Shown here in pieces: positions 1 through 10,112 of a stretch of DNA of 64,000 bases. The stretch is taken from positions 1,799 to 65,798 of IMG/VR virus record IMGVR_UViG_2924810865_000002; one strand, given 5' to 3'. Under the pieces are notes generated by a model. That model was given only the letters and a program-made list of their open reading frames with translations, ran no database searches and was not told the origin of the DNA. The first letter of the stretch is position 1, and every line of letters starts with the position of its first letter. The translations under genes and the position numbers were made by a program. The DNA is from a virus (lineage: Duplodnaviria; Caudoviricetes).

Positions 1-1530
1 GTTTTGAGCTTCTGTTAATTCCAATTTAGGGAGTTTTACTTGCATTGCAGAAGTATCGAATAAATATCCTAAACCGACGGCATTAGACGCAGAATTAAAT
101 AATGACAAAAAGGACGATAATCCTTGAGCAAGATAATTTAAACCACGCTCGATAATTGAAATAAGCGAATTGATAGCAGATTTACCAATTGCTGAGAAGG
201 CATTCGGTAAATCCCCCCAAATAATTGAAATGGCATTGTAACCAGCAACAAATAAACCAATTATTGCATTTGTGCGTTGTTGCCAAGCCTCTACAATGAG
301 ATGAGCTACACTAATAACAGCCGAAAGAGCACTTTCCCAAAAGCCCGAAGTTTGTTTTGTTGCATCGTCCCAATAAGAAATAACCGCTTTAGCCGCATTA
401 CTCATCAATGAGGTAAAATCTTGCCAAACACCTGTTGCCACATCACCCCACGTGGTACCAATTTCAGAAGCCCCAAAGGTCATATCTGATAAAAAGGCAT
501 CAAAAGCGAAAGCGGCAGCAGTAATTGCAACCGTAAGTGCACCAAGAGGATTAGAAAGAACTGCCACCGTTGCACCACGAATTGCAGTAGTTAATCCTAC
601 AAAACCTGTTTTCAGTAGCCCCAAAGCATTGATACCTTGCGTCATATTCGCTAATTTTGATGTAGCAACCCAAGAGAGATAAGCAACTATCGTATAACCT
701 ATTGATTTTGCCAATACATCAAAATGCTGTGCCAGAAAACTAACTGACTGTGCTAAGGCACTCATTACCCCACTGCTATTTAAGCCATCAACAAATTTCA
801 GCCACGCATTTTCCATTTGCTGCATTGCCTGCCCGAAGGTCATGGGCATTTCGTCAAACTTCGCGGAAATTTTACCGCTTGCACCGCTGATTGCTTCAAA
901 TAAAACTTTAGAGGTAATTTTCCCATCAGAAGCTAATTTCTTTACTTCTGCACGGGTTTTGCCCATATATCCCGCCACCACATCTAAAATAATCGGGGCA
1001 TTTTCTGCAATAGAGCGGAATTCATCGCCTTGCAACACGCCAGAACCTAATGCCTGTGAAAGTTGCAATAATGCCGATTTTTGACTTTTGGCATTCACAC
1101 CGCCCACTGCCATTGCTTTATTTAGTGTTTCGGTGAACTTGAGCGTTTGATTCGTGGTAACGCCCATTTCCGCTAATGCCCGTTTTGTACTCACAAAGGC
1201 TTGCGTGGTCGCTTCAAGGCTTGCGGTGGTGCGTTGACTAATCTCAAATAACGCCTTTTCTGCGTGAGTGTAATCAGTCATCCCGCTCGTCACTTGCTTG
1301 AGCTGACTGTGTAGCGATTGCATTTTATCAGCAGCATCTAATACCTGTTTTCCCAAGCTCGCTAAACCACCAATCGCCAAAAGTTTTTGCATTCGGTTTA
1401 GTTGTGTTTCCACTGCGGCAACTGCCTGTTCCGCTTTGCTAGATTGACGGGCGAGATGGCTTAAATCATTGCCTGCGGTTCTTGCCCCGTTTGCGGTTAC
1501 ATTGACCGAAAGTGTTGCTGTAGTAACCAT
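1..1530 (-). CDS. Phage tail tape measure protein, N-terminal part (runs off the window start)
   Basis: Manual translation from ATG at 1530: MVTTATLSVNVTANGA...LLQLSQALGSGVLQGDEFRSIAENAP, the tape-measure domain signature. Absent from the ORF track because no stop lies in the window. Confidence 0.9.
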   Translation of the reverse strand, partial: MVTTATLSVNVTANGARTAGNDLSHLARQSSKAEQAVAAVETQLNRMQKLLAIGGLASLGKQVLDAADKMQSLHSQLKQVTSGMTDYTHAEKALFEISQRTTASLEATTQAFVSTKRALAEMGVTTNQTLKFTETLNKAMAVGGVNAKSQKSALLQLSQALGSGVLQGDEFRSIAENAPIILDVVAGYMGKTRAEVKKLASDGKITSKVLFEAISGASGKISAKFDEMPMTFGQAMQQMENAWLKFVDGLNSSGVMSALAQSVSFLAQHFDVLAKSIGYTIVAYLSWVATSKLANMTQGINALGLLKTGFVGLTTAIRGATVAVLSNPLGALTVAITAAAFAFDAFLSDMTFGASEIGTTWGDVATGVWQDFTSLMSNAAKAVISYWDDATKQTSGFWESALSAVISVAHLIVEAWQQRTNAIIGLFVAGYNAISIIWGDLPNAFSAIGKSAINSLISIIERGLNYLAQGLSSFLSLFNSASNAVGLGYLFDTSAMQVKLPKLELTEAQN

Positions 1531-1540
1531 ATTCCCTCAC

Positions 1541-1576
1541 AAATAAAAACCCCGAAGTGCTTGTCACGCTTCGGGG
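1541..1576 (-). terminator. Rho-independent terminator upstream of the tape measure gene
   Basis: CCCCGAAG...CTTCGGGG hairpin followed by a T-run on the minus strand. Confidence 0.6.
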
Positions 1577-1582
1577 AGTACC

Positions 1583-1876
1583 TTACACCTCAATCATTCC
1601 TTGCTCTTTCATATAGCTGTAAATTCGGTTGAGCATTAAATCTTGGAACGATTTGCCAATATCACCCTGTGTGAGAGGGGCGAACATAATGGCGTGTGTT
1701 TGTGTGCTATCTAGGTATTTGTATTCCGTTACAAGCGGTCGAAATTCAGTGATTTGTTCCGCCTCTTCCGTACCTGTGCCGATAGCGTAAGTCACGTTCA
1801 TTGAACCGTCTGAATTCATGGTAAAACCAGAGATGGTTGAATAGACTGGGTTTAAGATTTTGTTGAATGTTGCCAT
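1583..1876 (-). CDS. Phage tail-region hypothetical protein (97 aa)
   Basis: ORF with AGGAG RBS, same strand as the tail genes. Confidence 0.75.
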   Translation of the reverse strand: MATFNKILNPVYSTISGFTMNSDGSMNVTYAIGTGTEEAEQITEFRPLVTEYKYLDSTQTHAIMFAPLTQGDIGKSFQDLMLNRIYSYMKEQGMIEV

Positions 1877-1892
1877 AAAGGACTCCTTGCTG

Positions 1893-1920
1893 TTGATAAA
1901 ATCCCAAATTGGGATATAAT
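1893..1920 (+). promoter_or_regulatory. higBA promoter with palindromic operator
   Basis: TTGATA-16-TATAAT with TCCCA-AAT-TGGGA (1902-1914) in the spacer. Confidence 0.7.
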
Positions 1921-1947
1921 AAAAGAAAGGTTATAAAAGGAAACACA

Positions 1948-2250
1948 ATGCGGATTATTTCAATCTCTACCCTTGTTGCTTATTGGGAAAAACACCCTGA
2001 TGCAGAACAACCACTAAAAGCGTGGATTGCAGAAGTAAAAAAGGCGAATTGGCAAAATGCCCACGAAATTAAGGCACAGTATAAATCCGCTAGTATTTTA
2101 AAAAATCGTCGCGTTGTGTTTAATATAAAAGGCAATGATCATCGTTTAGTCGTTGCTATTGCCTTTCAGTTTGGGGCGGTTTACGTCAAGTTTATCGGTA
2201 CACATACCGAATATGATCGTATTAACGCCAATGATGTTGAATTAAATTAG
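1948..2250 (+). CDS. higB: HigB toxin (RelE superfamily, E. coli HigB type)
   Basis: MRIISISTL...RVVFNIKGNDHRLVVAI...FIGTHTEYDRI; ATG at 1948 follows an AAGG RBS. Confidence 0.9.
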   Translation: MRIISISTLVAYWEKHPDAEQPLKAWIAEVKKANWQNAHEIKAQYKSASILKNRRVVFNIKGNDHRLVVAIAFQFGAVYVKFIGTHTEYDRINANDVELN

Positions 2251-2259
2251 AGGTTTGCT

Positions 2260-2619
2260 ATGTATCAAATTAAGCCTATTCGTAATGAGCAGGACTATCA
2301 AGCTGCATTGAAAATCGTTGAGCCGTTCTTTGATAAAGAGACCTTTTCTTCTGATGAAGCTGATTTTTTCGATGTAATGCTTACGCTGATTGAGAACTAC
2401 GAAGCAAAACATTATCCTGTCGACCTGCCCGACCCGATTGAGGCGATTAAGTTCCGAATGGAACAGGAAGGGCTAGCGATTAAAGACTTAGATACTATTA
2501 TCGGTAAGCCCAATCGTGTCTATGAAGTCTTTAATCGTACCCGTCCATTAACGCTCAATATGATCCGAAAAATCCATAAACAAATGGGAATTAGTGCAGA
2601 TGTGTTGATTCGAGTTTAA
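2260..2619 (+). CDS. higA: HigA antitoxin (HTH)
   Basis: IKPIRNEQDY...PDPIEAIKFRMEQ...RPLTLNMIRKIHK, directly downstream of the toxin. Confidence 0.9.
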   Translation: MYQIKPIRNEQDYQAALKIVEPFFDKETFSSDEADFFDVMLTLIENYEAKHYPVDLPDPIEAIKFRMEQEGLAIKDLDTIIGKPNRVYEVFNRTRPLTLNMIRKIHKQMGISADVLIRV

Positions 2620-2665
2620 GCTTATCTATTAAACAAGTGCGGAATTGATCGCACTTTGTTTATAG

Positions 2666-3349
2666 TTATCTTAAAACAATATAAGTTCCTCTTTTTTTCA
2701 CTGTCTCCTCATCTGCAATAGATGGGGCTTTAATAGATAATATAGGCGTATCTAACTGATAATATGACGGCTCTGTATTTCCTGTCATCATTTCAGCTCT
2801 AACTAACCCACCTTGTGCATCTGAAGCATAAAATTTTCGAATATTTCCAGCTAAAGCATAACTTGATGATAAATATAATCGATTATTACCCACATTTCCT
2901 ATTTTGAAATCCTCAGCATAAGAAAACTCACCATTTGATCCCTGAATATAAATAATTTCATTATTTGAATTTCTTATAGATATACCATATCCAGTCTCAA
3001 CCATTGTTTTTAATGGGTGATAAAAATAAAGTTTAAAATTAAAAAATGGACTTCCTTTAAATTGAAGGAATTTATCAATTCCAGAACGAGCTACAAGTTC
3101 AAAATTCATACCTTGAACTTCTATTCCATAATTCTTATCAATATATTGTGAACCATTAAACTTTAAAAAAACCAAACATCTTTGATTATCATTAATAAAT
3201 TTATTTAATTTACTATACATTTCTACTGAAGAAATAGATTTATATCCATTTTTAGCAGTAACTAAGTTAATATCAAATATAGTCGATAAAAAAAGACATG
3301 GCATTTCTTGTGTAGATAAATTGCCAATTTGAACACCATAATTACTCAT
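2666..3349 (-). CDS. AT-rich tail-tip-associated hypothetical protein
   Basis: 227 aa with two YG(V/I)xI motifs (NYGVQI, GYGISI), like the small genes that follow J in many lambdoid phages. Confidence 0.55.
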   Translation of the reverse strand: MSNYGVQIGNLSTQEMPCLFLSTIFDINLVTAKNGYKSISSVEMYSKLNKFINDNQRCLVFLKFNGSQYIDKNYGIEVQGMNFELVARSGIDKFLQFKGSPFFNFKLYFYHPLKTMVETGYGISIRNSNNEIIYIQGSNGEFSYAEDFKIGNVGNNRLYLSSSYALAGNIRKFYASDAQGGLVRAEMMTGNTEPSYYQLDTPILSIKAPSIADEETVKKRGTYIVLR

Positions 3350-3803
3350 ATATCACCACCATAAATTCAGTACCTGCTCCATCATTAATGTTTGAGGTAA
3401 TAATATCAAAGTATGTTTCAGAAATTTTATCTAGGGAAAATAGAATGGCATCCCTATCAATTTTATGATAAAACCTAAATACCTTTGGTGAATATGTATA
3501 AGCATAAGTTGGCATATCTTCAAGCATTCTTACAATAATTTGATATTTTTTACCTTGAATTTTATAAGGCATTTGGATACGTTTACTTTTTTGAGAATTA
3601 CTTAAACTTACCTGACCTTGAAATAAAAAACGCACTTTATTAGATAAATTAAGTGGCTCTAAGTTACCTGAATTAGAACGAATATTAAAACCATAATTCA
3701 CATTCTCCTCCTTAGCCTTAACGCTTTTCTTAGTTTTTAGCCAATAAAAAAGCAGTCCTAAGACTGCTAACAAAATCACTACAATTAAAAGTGCAACTAT
3801 CAT
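3342..3803 (-). CDS. AT-rich hypothetical protein with N-terminal membrane anchor
   Basis: MIVALLIVVILLAVLGLLFYWL then KTKK; NYGFNI motif; overlaps the next ORF. Confidence 0.6.
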   Translation of the reverse strand: MIVALLIVVILLAVLGLLFYWLKTKKSVKAKEENVNYGFNIRSNSGNLEPLNLSNKVRFLFQGQVSLSNSQKSKRIQMPYKIQGKKYQIIVRMLEDMPTYAYTYSPKVFRFYHKIDRDAILFSLDKISETYFDIITSNINDGAGTEFMVVIYE

Positions 3804-3881
3804 ATTTTTCTCCTTTATTGTATCGAGTCACTTTACAAACCACTTTTAAGATGTATACTCACTCTATACAAAGAGGCTAAA

Positions 3882-4160
3882 ATGATTCTATCGTTTAAAC
3901 ACAAAGGGCTTGAGCTCTTTTTTACCACAGGTTCTATTGCAGGTATTCAAGCCAAGCACGCAACGAAATTAAGATTGCAGCTGGATGCTCTCAATCGTGC
4001 AACTTGCCCGCAAGATATGAACGCACCCAGTTGGCGATTGCATCCATTAAAAGGTAATCTTAAAGAGCATTGGTCGATTACCGTAAATGGAAACTGGCGA
4101 ATTACCTTTAAATTTGAAAATGGACACGCTGAAATCGTTGATTATCAAGATTACCACTAG
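3882..4160 (+). CDS. higB: HigB toxin (plasmid maintenance killer type)
   Basis: MILSFKHKGLELFF...LHPLKGNLKEHWSITVNGNWRITFKFENGHAEIVDYQDYH. Confidence 0.92.
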   Translation: MILSFKHKGLELFFTTGSIAGIQAKHATKLRLQLDALNRATCPQDMNAPSWRLHPLKGNLKEHWSITVNGNWRITFKFENGHAEIVDYQDYH

Positions 4161-4168
4161 GAGTTATT

Positions 4169-4441
4169 ATGAAAATGTACAATCCACCGCATCCAGGTTT
4201 AGTGTTAAGAGCATATATTGAGGGAATGAAAATTGGTGAAGTTGCCCAAAAATTAGGGGTTTCCCGTATTTCACTCTCTCGCATTCTTAACGGTAAAACT
4301 GCCATTACGCCAGAAATGGCAGCACGTATTGGGCTTGCGTTAAATAACAGCCCTAGTATGTGGCTTGGTATGCAGGCTGATTATGATTTATGGCAAATTG
4401 AACAAAATCAAACTTTTCATATCACGCCTATTTACTCCTAA
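4169..4441 (+). CDS. higA: HigA antitoxin (VapI type)
   Basis: MYNPPHPG...AITPEMAARIG...WLGMQADYDLW. Confidence 0.92.
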   Translation: MKMYNPPHPGLVLRAYIEGMKIGEVAQKLGVSRISLSRILNGKTAITPEMAARIGLALNNSPSMWLGMQADYDLWQIEQNQTFHITPIYS

Positions 4442-7182
4442 AGCTGCCCAATTTTTACCCGTACATTTCCTCGCTCGTCATACACAATAATCTGGTTATT
4501 GTTGATGACGAGTCCTACATTTCCTGCCGCTGCACGCATTTCTACTTGCCCTTGATTGCTCACTTTAAAGCGGTTGTTGATATTCAACGAACCACCTGTG
4601 ATATTACCCAAATCCGCACTAATCGCCGATAAGCTTTCCACATTCAACTCTTTCGCCGTAATAGACTTACTCACAATATGATTTGCAGTGATGGTCTTGC
4701 CTGCAATATGTTTCCCCGCAATCGTGCCACCAACAATCTCATTGCCTGTAATTGTCCCTGCCGCAATTTGCTGAGCGGTAATCGAATTGGTCACAATCGA
4801 GCCACCGTGAATTGAGGTTACACCTGCATTTTGCCACGAGCTAGGTTCTTTAGTAAATTCAGTACATTCTTCAAGCATAGGGCGTAAAACAAAAGCCCAC
4901 GGATTAACTCCACCGTTAACACTATTCATCTGAATAGCAAAACGAATATGTCCTGTGTCAGGAGCAGTGAATTTGACCCACACTCTACGGTATTTACTAA
5001 AATCTCGGTTGACTGCATTAGCTTGACTTTCTGTTACCCAGTCAGTACCACCAATCCAACTAATATAAGCACTGCTATCTTTAGCTAATTCTTCAATGGA
5101 AATTTTAACCTTACCTCTATGTACCGCTAAATAACAGCTCGCCATATAGGTTTTTCCTGCAATTACTCGTACATCTTGATTAAACCACCCGATACGTTCA
5201 TCAACATTTCGAGTATTGTTTATTTGCCGTGTAAATGACGCTGTATTTTCGTTGTCTAAACCACCTAATAAAGACCAATCATCAGTACCACCTGCTTTAC
5301 GATATAGGAATCCTCCATAACTACCATTAAATGTTGGACTATCTCCGACCCAATACGACCACCCGTGAGGTAAATCTCCGCCCGTGTTATCTTTACCTGC
5401 TGTTGCAAAAATCGGATTAGTGAGCAAATTCCCCCCAAGCCCAATCGCCAGTTTATCCGCTGAAATCTCCCCTGCAACAAAATGATCTGCTCGGATTGCA
5501 CCCGCAGAGAGTTTCGGCCCAGTAATTTGCCCATTAGCAATTAAATCACCGTTAAGTGCTATCTGATCGTTGACTACCGATAACATGGGTTTTGGCGACC
5601 CATCTTGTGCGTTTTTGACCACTTGGAACTTATCCGCCATCACAATCACTGAACTTTGCTCTTTATTTGCACCAAGAGAAATCCCTGCAATCGCGGTATG
5701 GTTACCTGAAATAGTTTGAGTTTTAATCGTATGGGTTGCGGTCAATTGACCTTTGACATCCGCTACAACTTTGCTCACAGTAGAGATTTGATCCGTTGCA
5801 CCATTCACTGAAGCAGTGATTTTCTTCAGCTCATCCGCTTGAGCTTTATTCTCATTTGCTCGGGCAGTTTGTTCTGCAGTAATCTTGGCACCTAAATCCT
5901 CTTTCGCACTGTTTAAGTTCGCTTCCAACTGGCTAAACTTGGTAGTAGCGGTGCTATTGAGCGTACTAATCGATCTCTCAGCATGGGCAATTTTCCCTTC
6001 TGCTCCATCAACACGGGTGGTTAACGCCGTGAGCTTCCCTGCTTGAGCTTTATTCTCATTTGCTTGAGAAGTGGCTAATTGCTGAATGGTTGCCTCTGCA
6101 CTTCCCATACGAGAGTTAGATTCGTTTTCCCACGCTATCCTCGTATTCGATTCATTTGTAAGCGATCGCTTAATGTCTTCAAACTGGATAGTTGTCGTCA
6201 AATCTTCTGGGGCTGGGCTCCAGTCAGTTGCAACATTACCAATCTCTAATTTGGGATACGTGGCAACACAAGTTCCTCCGCCCACTTCAACCTTAAATGA
6301 GCAGTGTGAAATACTTTTAATCGGCTTATCGAGTAATTGAACTGTTGATTTTAATCTACCTTGATAATCCCCCTGATGGTTGCTTAACCAACACTCAATC
6401 CACGTATACGTATTATCGGTGTAGTACAAAAACATAGATAAACCGACACGATTACGCCCGCCCCTGATAATGCCTTTCGCGTTAAGACTAAAAGAAAGCG
6501 TGAGTTTTTTACCTTGCCAGCTTTCTTTTGCAGATTGTGACACTGTCCACGATGTTCTATTTTCCGCTGAATGAAGCAGATAGTTACGAGCACCTACATC
6601 AAAGTTAATATTATTAAATTCAGACGACAGCTCTGCGACTTTACGTTTAGCCTCTTGAGATTGTGCTACGACTTGTGTCGCAGAATCTTGTGCTGTGGTG
6701 AGTTGGTTAATTAATGCATGATCAAGTTGATTTTGACTTAATTGACCCGCTATTTCAGAGGCTTGTATTTTTGATGTGTACTGACTGCCATCCCAGCGAT
6801 ACAACTTGCCGTCTCTTTCATTGTAAACCTGTTTTACTCCTTGGAACTGGTTTACATTAAGGTTCGCTACGGTTTTCACCATCTCCAACTTCCGTGCTGG
6901 AGCTGCAGTATCAAACACTTCGTTGATGATGTTTTGGCTGAGCTTTTCATTCAGCAGTTTCAGCTCTTTATCAATATCTACCGAACTTTCGCCCCGCACG
7001 CCCGCTTGTTGATAAAACGCCCCCACATTTTGCCCACGCACGTGTCTAAGCCAGTAATAACGCACCTGTTTTGCACCGACTTCATGGCTGTACATTTTAG
7101 CGTTGAGTTTAACCAAACGATGTGCGGTTTGAATCTCATCACGTTCACTCACCATTTGACCGCTTGCATTTTTAATTTTCAA
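4438..7182 (-). pseudogene. Host-specificity tail tip protein J, 5'-truncated
   Basis: YSHEVGAKQVRYYWLRHVRG near the start, DUF1983-like IAGISLGA...VIVMADKF, and terminal VYDERGNVRVKIGQL. The N-terminal several hundred residues expected after gene I are absent; the TTG start lies in non-J sequence. Confidence 0.8.
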
Positions 7183-7207
7183 GTAATTCTTCAGTTTTAT
7201 TTCTGCC

Positions 7208-7242
7208 TTGTTACTTATAATCCGTTGTTTTATAACCTACAA
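7208..7242 (+). promoter_or_regulatory. C-box operator for a restriction-modification controller protein
   Basis: TTGTTACTTATAATCCGTTGTTTTATAACCTACAA aligns over 35 bp with the recalled C.Esp1396I operator ATGTGACTTATAGTCCGTGTGATTATAGTCAACAT. Confidence 0.75.
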
Positions 7243-7278
7243 AAAGGATAATCAGCAAAAATTTTGGGAGATTCTTTT

Positions 7279-7485
7279 ATGATTTTGGAACAGATAGGCA
7301 GCCGAGTGCGTGAGTTACGGAAAGCCCAAGACTTAAGCCAAGAAAAATTTGCATTGAAAGCTGAAATTGACCGTACTTACCTTGCAGGAATTGAGCAAGG
7401 CAAACGAAATCCATCTATTAAGAGCTTAGAGAAAATCATTAATACGCTTGGTGTAACTTTTCATCAATTTTTTGAAGGAATGTAA
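7279..7485 (+). CDS. Controller (C) protein, XRE HTH
   Basis: IGSRVRELRKAQDLSQEKFALKAEIDRTYLAGIEQGKRNPSIKSLEKI, preceded by the C-box. Confidence 0.88.
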   Translation: MILEQIGSRVRELRKAQDLSQEKFALKAEIDRTYLAGIEQGKRNPSIKSLEKIINTLGVTFHQFFEGM

Positions 7486-7530
7486 TTGTTGATTATAAGT
7501 AACAAAAATACTATAATTTAGGAGCTAAAA

Positions 7531-8418
7531 ATGGCACATTTTGGAGAAGCCGAAAGAAGTATTCAGCAGTATTTTGTGGTTGGTGAGTACGTTGAGTTCA
7601 ATTCGCAGAATTACATTATCAAGAAATCAGGAAAGCCTACTTGTAAGAACGGTGAGCCGAAAACAGATATTTATATTTTGCTTGCTAATGAGCAGTCTGG
7701 TGAAGTTGAAATCAAAATTTCATACAAGAAAGAAAATGCAGATTTCTTGGAAAACAAAATCAAGGCTGAACGTGCAGAACAATTATTTGGAAGTAAATGG
7801 TATTCTTTAATTGAACAATCTACATCAAAAATCAAAGATAAATTCTTTGCCAAACCCCTGATTTATAAAAACAAGAACAAAAGAACTGAAAAAGGGGCGA
7901 TAACATTAGGCTGGAAATTTGAGCTAATGAATAAATTAAGTGGAGAATTATCGGGTGAAATGCTGTTAAACAAAGAACAATATCTTGATGTCTATGCAGG
8001 GAATAATTTACCACCTGATAAGCGAAATTCATTTGTAAACGGTGAGAAAATCGATAATTCAGGCGTGGCAAATTATATTTTGATTGGTAATCAGTTTTCA
8101 TCAGCTCAGGCTATTCTAGCTAAAATAGAACACGTTGAAGATTATGTCACTCATTGTCCAAAAATCTATTTTGCCTGCAAAGCATTGAATTACCGAACTT
8201 TTGCGAGTAAATATGATGGCGATAGACCGCTCGCAGTTCAAGTAAAATGGGGTCATCAAAATGGAAAATTAAGTCCAACTTTGACGTTTAATCAGCCTTT
8301 ACAGATAAATGGCAAAGAAGTTAAAGAGCAATTGTTGACTTGTTTAAAAACATTAGAAATTGAAACAACAGATGATATTAATGAAAACAATGCAGAAATG
8401 TCTTGCGTTCATCAATGA
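7531..8418 (+). CDS. Putative type II restriction endonuclease, PD-(D/E)xK fold
   Basis: PKTDIYILL...EIKISYK motif; lies between the C gene and the C5 methyltransferase. Confidence 0.7.
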   Translation: MAHFGEAERSIQQYFVVGEYVEFNSQNYIIKKSGKPTCKNGEPKTDIYILLANEQSGEVEIKISYKKENADFLENKIKAERAEQLFGSKWYSLIEQSTSKIKDKFFAKPLIYKNKNKRTEKGAITLGWKFELMNKLSGELSGEMLLNKEQYLDVYAGNNLPPDKRNSFVNGEKIDNSGVANYILIGNQFSSAQAILAKIEHVEDYVTHCPKIYFACKALNYRTFASKYDGDRPLAVQVKWGHQNGKLSPTLTFNQPLQINGKEVKEQLLTCLKTLEIETTDDINENNAEMSCVHQ

Positions 8419-8427
8419 AAGGAAAAA

Positions 8428-9498
8428 ATGAAAGTTATTAGTTTATTTTGTGGATGTGGTGGCTTAGATTTAGGTTTTGAAAAAGCAGGTTTTGAAGTCC
8501 CAGTGGCGAATGAATATGATAAAACCATTTGGGCAACATTTAAGGCTAATCATCCTAAAACTCAATTGATTGAGGGCGATATTCGCAACATTAAAGAAGA
8601 AGATTTTCCAGACGAAATTGATGGAATAATCGGTGGGCCACCATGCCAGTCTTGGTCTGAAGCGGGAAGTCTGCGTGGTATTGATGATGCTCGCGGGCAA
8701 CTTTTTTTTGACTATATCCGCATTTTAAAAAGTAAACAACCAAAGTTCTTTTTAGCTGAAAATGTCAGTGGAATGCTTGCTAATCGCCATTCGGAAGCAG
8801 TACAAAATTTGCTGAAAATGTTTGATGAGTGTGGCTATGACGTAACCTTGACTATGGTTAATGCGAAAGATTATGGCGTAGCACAAGAACGTAAGCGTGT
8901 ATTTTACATTGGATTTAGAAAAGATCTAAAAATTGATTTTCAATTTCCAAAAGGTTCAACTATTGATGATGAAAAGAAAATTTCATTGAAAGATATTATT
9001 TGGGATTTAAAAGATAGTGCTGTTCCAGCATTAGAACGAAATCAGACGAATCCGCAAGCGGTCAATAATAACGAATATTTTACAGGTAGCTTTTCTCCAA
9101 TTTTTATGAGTCGAAATCGAGTGAAAGCGTGGCATGAACAAGCTTTTACTGTTCAAGCATCGGGACGACAATGCCAATTACACCCACAAGCTCCGAAAAT
9201 GGAAAAGCATGGAACAAACGATTACCGTTTTGTAGCGGGAAAAGAAAATTTATATCGTAGAATGACAATTCGTGAAGTCGCTCGAGTACAAGGTTTTCCT
9301 GATGATTTTAAATTTATTTACAAGAATACAAATGACGCCTACAAAATGATTGGTAATGCTGTGCCTGTAAATTTGGCGTATGAAATTGCAGTTGGAATTA
9401 AAAAGGCATTAGAAACGCTAAAAGAAAAGCCAATTGATTTGCCTCCTAATTTAGTGCAGTCTAAACCTAAGGTAGCTCATCAGCTTTCTATGTTCTAA
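8428..9498 (+). CDS. DNA cytosine-5 methyltransferase, probably GGCC-specific
   Basis: Motifs [29 protein letters not shown]; target-recognition region FMSRNRV...[16 protein letters not shown] matches recalled M.HaeIII/M.NgoPII. Confidence 0.93.
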   Translation: MKVISLFCGCGGLDLGFEKAGFEVPVANEYDKTIWATFKANHPKTQLIEGDIRNIKEEDFPDEIDGIIGGPPCQSWSEAGSLRGIDDARGQLFFDYIRILKSKQPKFFLAENVSGMLANRHSEAVQNLLKMFDECGYDVTLTMVNAKDYGVAQERKRVFYIGFRKDLKIDFQFPKGSTIDDEKKISLKDIIWDLKDSAVPALERNQTNPQAVNNNEYFTGSFSPIFMSRNRVKAWHEQAFTVQASGRQCQLHPQAPKMEKHGTNDYRFVAGKENLYRRMTIREVARVQGFPDDFKFIYKNTNDAYKMIGNAVPVNLAYEIAVGIKKALETLKEKPIDLPPNLVQSKPKVAHQLSMF

Positions 9499-9526
9499 AA
9501 ATGTTGCTTGAAGAAATCTTACCAAT

Positions 9527-9670
9527 AATCACGTGATTTTTAATATTAAAGGCAATCATTACCGCCTTGTCGTTAAGGTGCATTACGTCAATGGCATTGT
9601 AAAAATCGAATGGGTTGGCACATTGAATACGATTAAACAGCAATTTTAGGAATGGTTATGACACAAATTC
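9527..9670 (+). pseudogene. HigB 3' fragment plus first codons of higA
   Basis: Degenerate copy of 11657-11810 (VIFNIKGNHYRLVVKV...ATGACACAAATT). Confidence 0.8.
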
Positions 9671-9688
9671 TCTTATTTTTCCTTATTT

Positions 9689-9862
9689 ATGCCCGACCCA
9701 GAGCACTCTTTTGATGAAGAACGCTTTTTAGTGCTCGGATTGAGTGAAAAAAATCGAACTTTAGTGGTTGTTCATTGTGTACGTGATCAAAATATTCGCA
9801 TTATTTCAGCCAGACGAGCAACGTTACGAGAGACAAAACAATATCAGGAGCAAATACGATGA
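9689..9862 (+). pseudogene. brnT: BrnT toxin, C-terminal half only
   Basis: PDPEHSFDEERFLVLGLS...IRIISARRAT; N-terminus missing. Confidence 0.8.
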
Positions 9863-10074
9863 AAGAAGAATATGATTTCAGCCACGCGGTGCGTAATCCT
9901 TATGCCGCAAAACTTAAAGCGAAAAAGGTTATCACGATTCGCCTTGATGACGAGTCTGTCGATTATTTCAAATCACTCTCCGCCGAAATAGGGATTCCTT
10001 ATCAAACGCTTATTAACTCTTACCTCAAAGATTGTGCGATCAACCATCGTAGACCCAACTTAAACTGGGCGTAA
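9859..10074 (+). CDS. brnA: BrnA-family antitoxin (orphaned)
   Basis: MKEEYDFS...ITIRLD...GIPYQTLINSYL; ATGA overlap with the brnT fragment. Confidence 0.8.
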   Translation: MKEEYDFSHAVRNPYAAKLKAKKVITIRLDDESVDYFKSLSAEIGIPYQTLINSYLKDCAINHRRPNLNWA

Positions 10075-10112
10075 AATAACCCGAAGTATGAGAATGCTTC
10101 GGGTTATTTTTT
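10073..10112. terminator. Bidirectional terminator between brnA and gene I
   Basis: AAAATAACCCGAAG...CTTCGGGTTATTTT. Confidence 0.7.

Noticed and set aside
452-1084. Plus-strand ORFs 452-682 and 842-1084
   Set aside because: Antisense shadows of the tape measure gene, which the track omitted.
2631-2661. Haemophilus-type USS-like AAGTGCGG in a terminator as proof of donor species
   Set aside because: Single imperfect match; too weak to infer origin.
4438-7182. Diversity-generating retroelement or invertible tail fibre switch
   Set aside because: No reverse transcriptase, template/variable repeat pair, invertase or inverted crossover sites found.
7531-8418. Naming the nuclease HaeIII or NgoPII
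   Set aside because: Sequence does not resemble those enzymes as recalled; only the methylase does.
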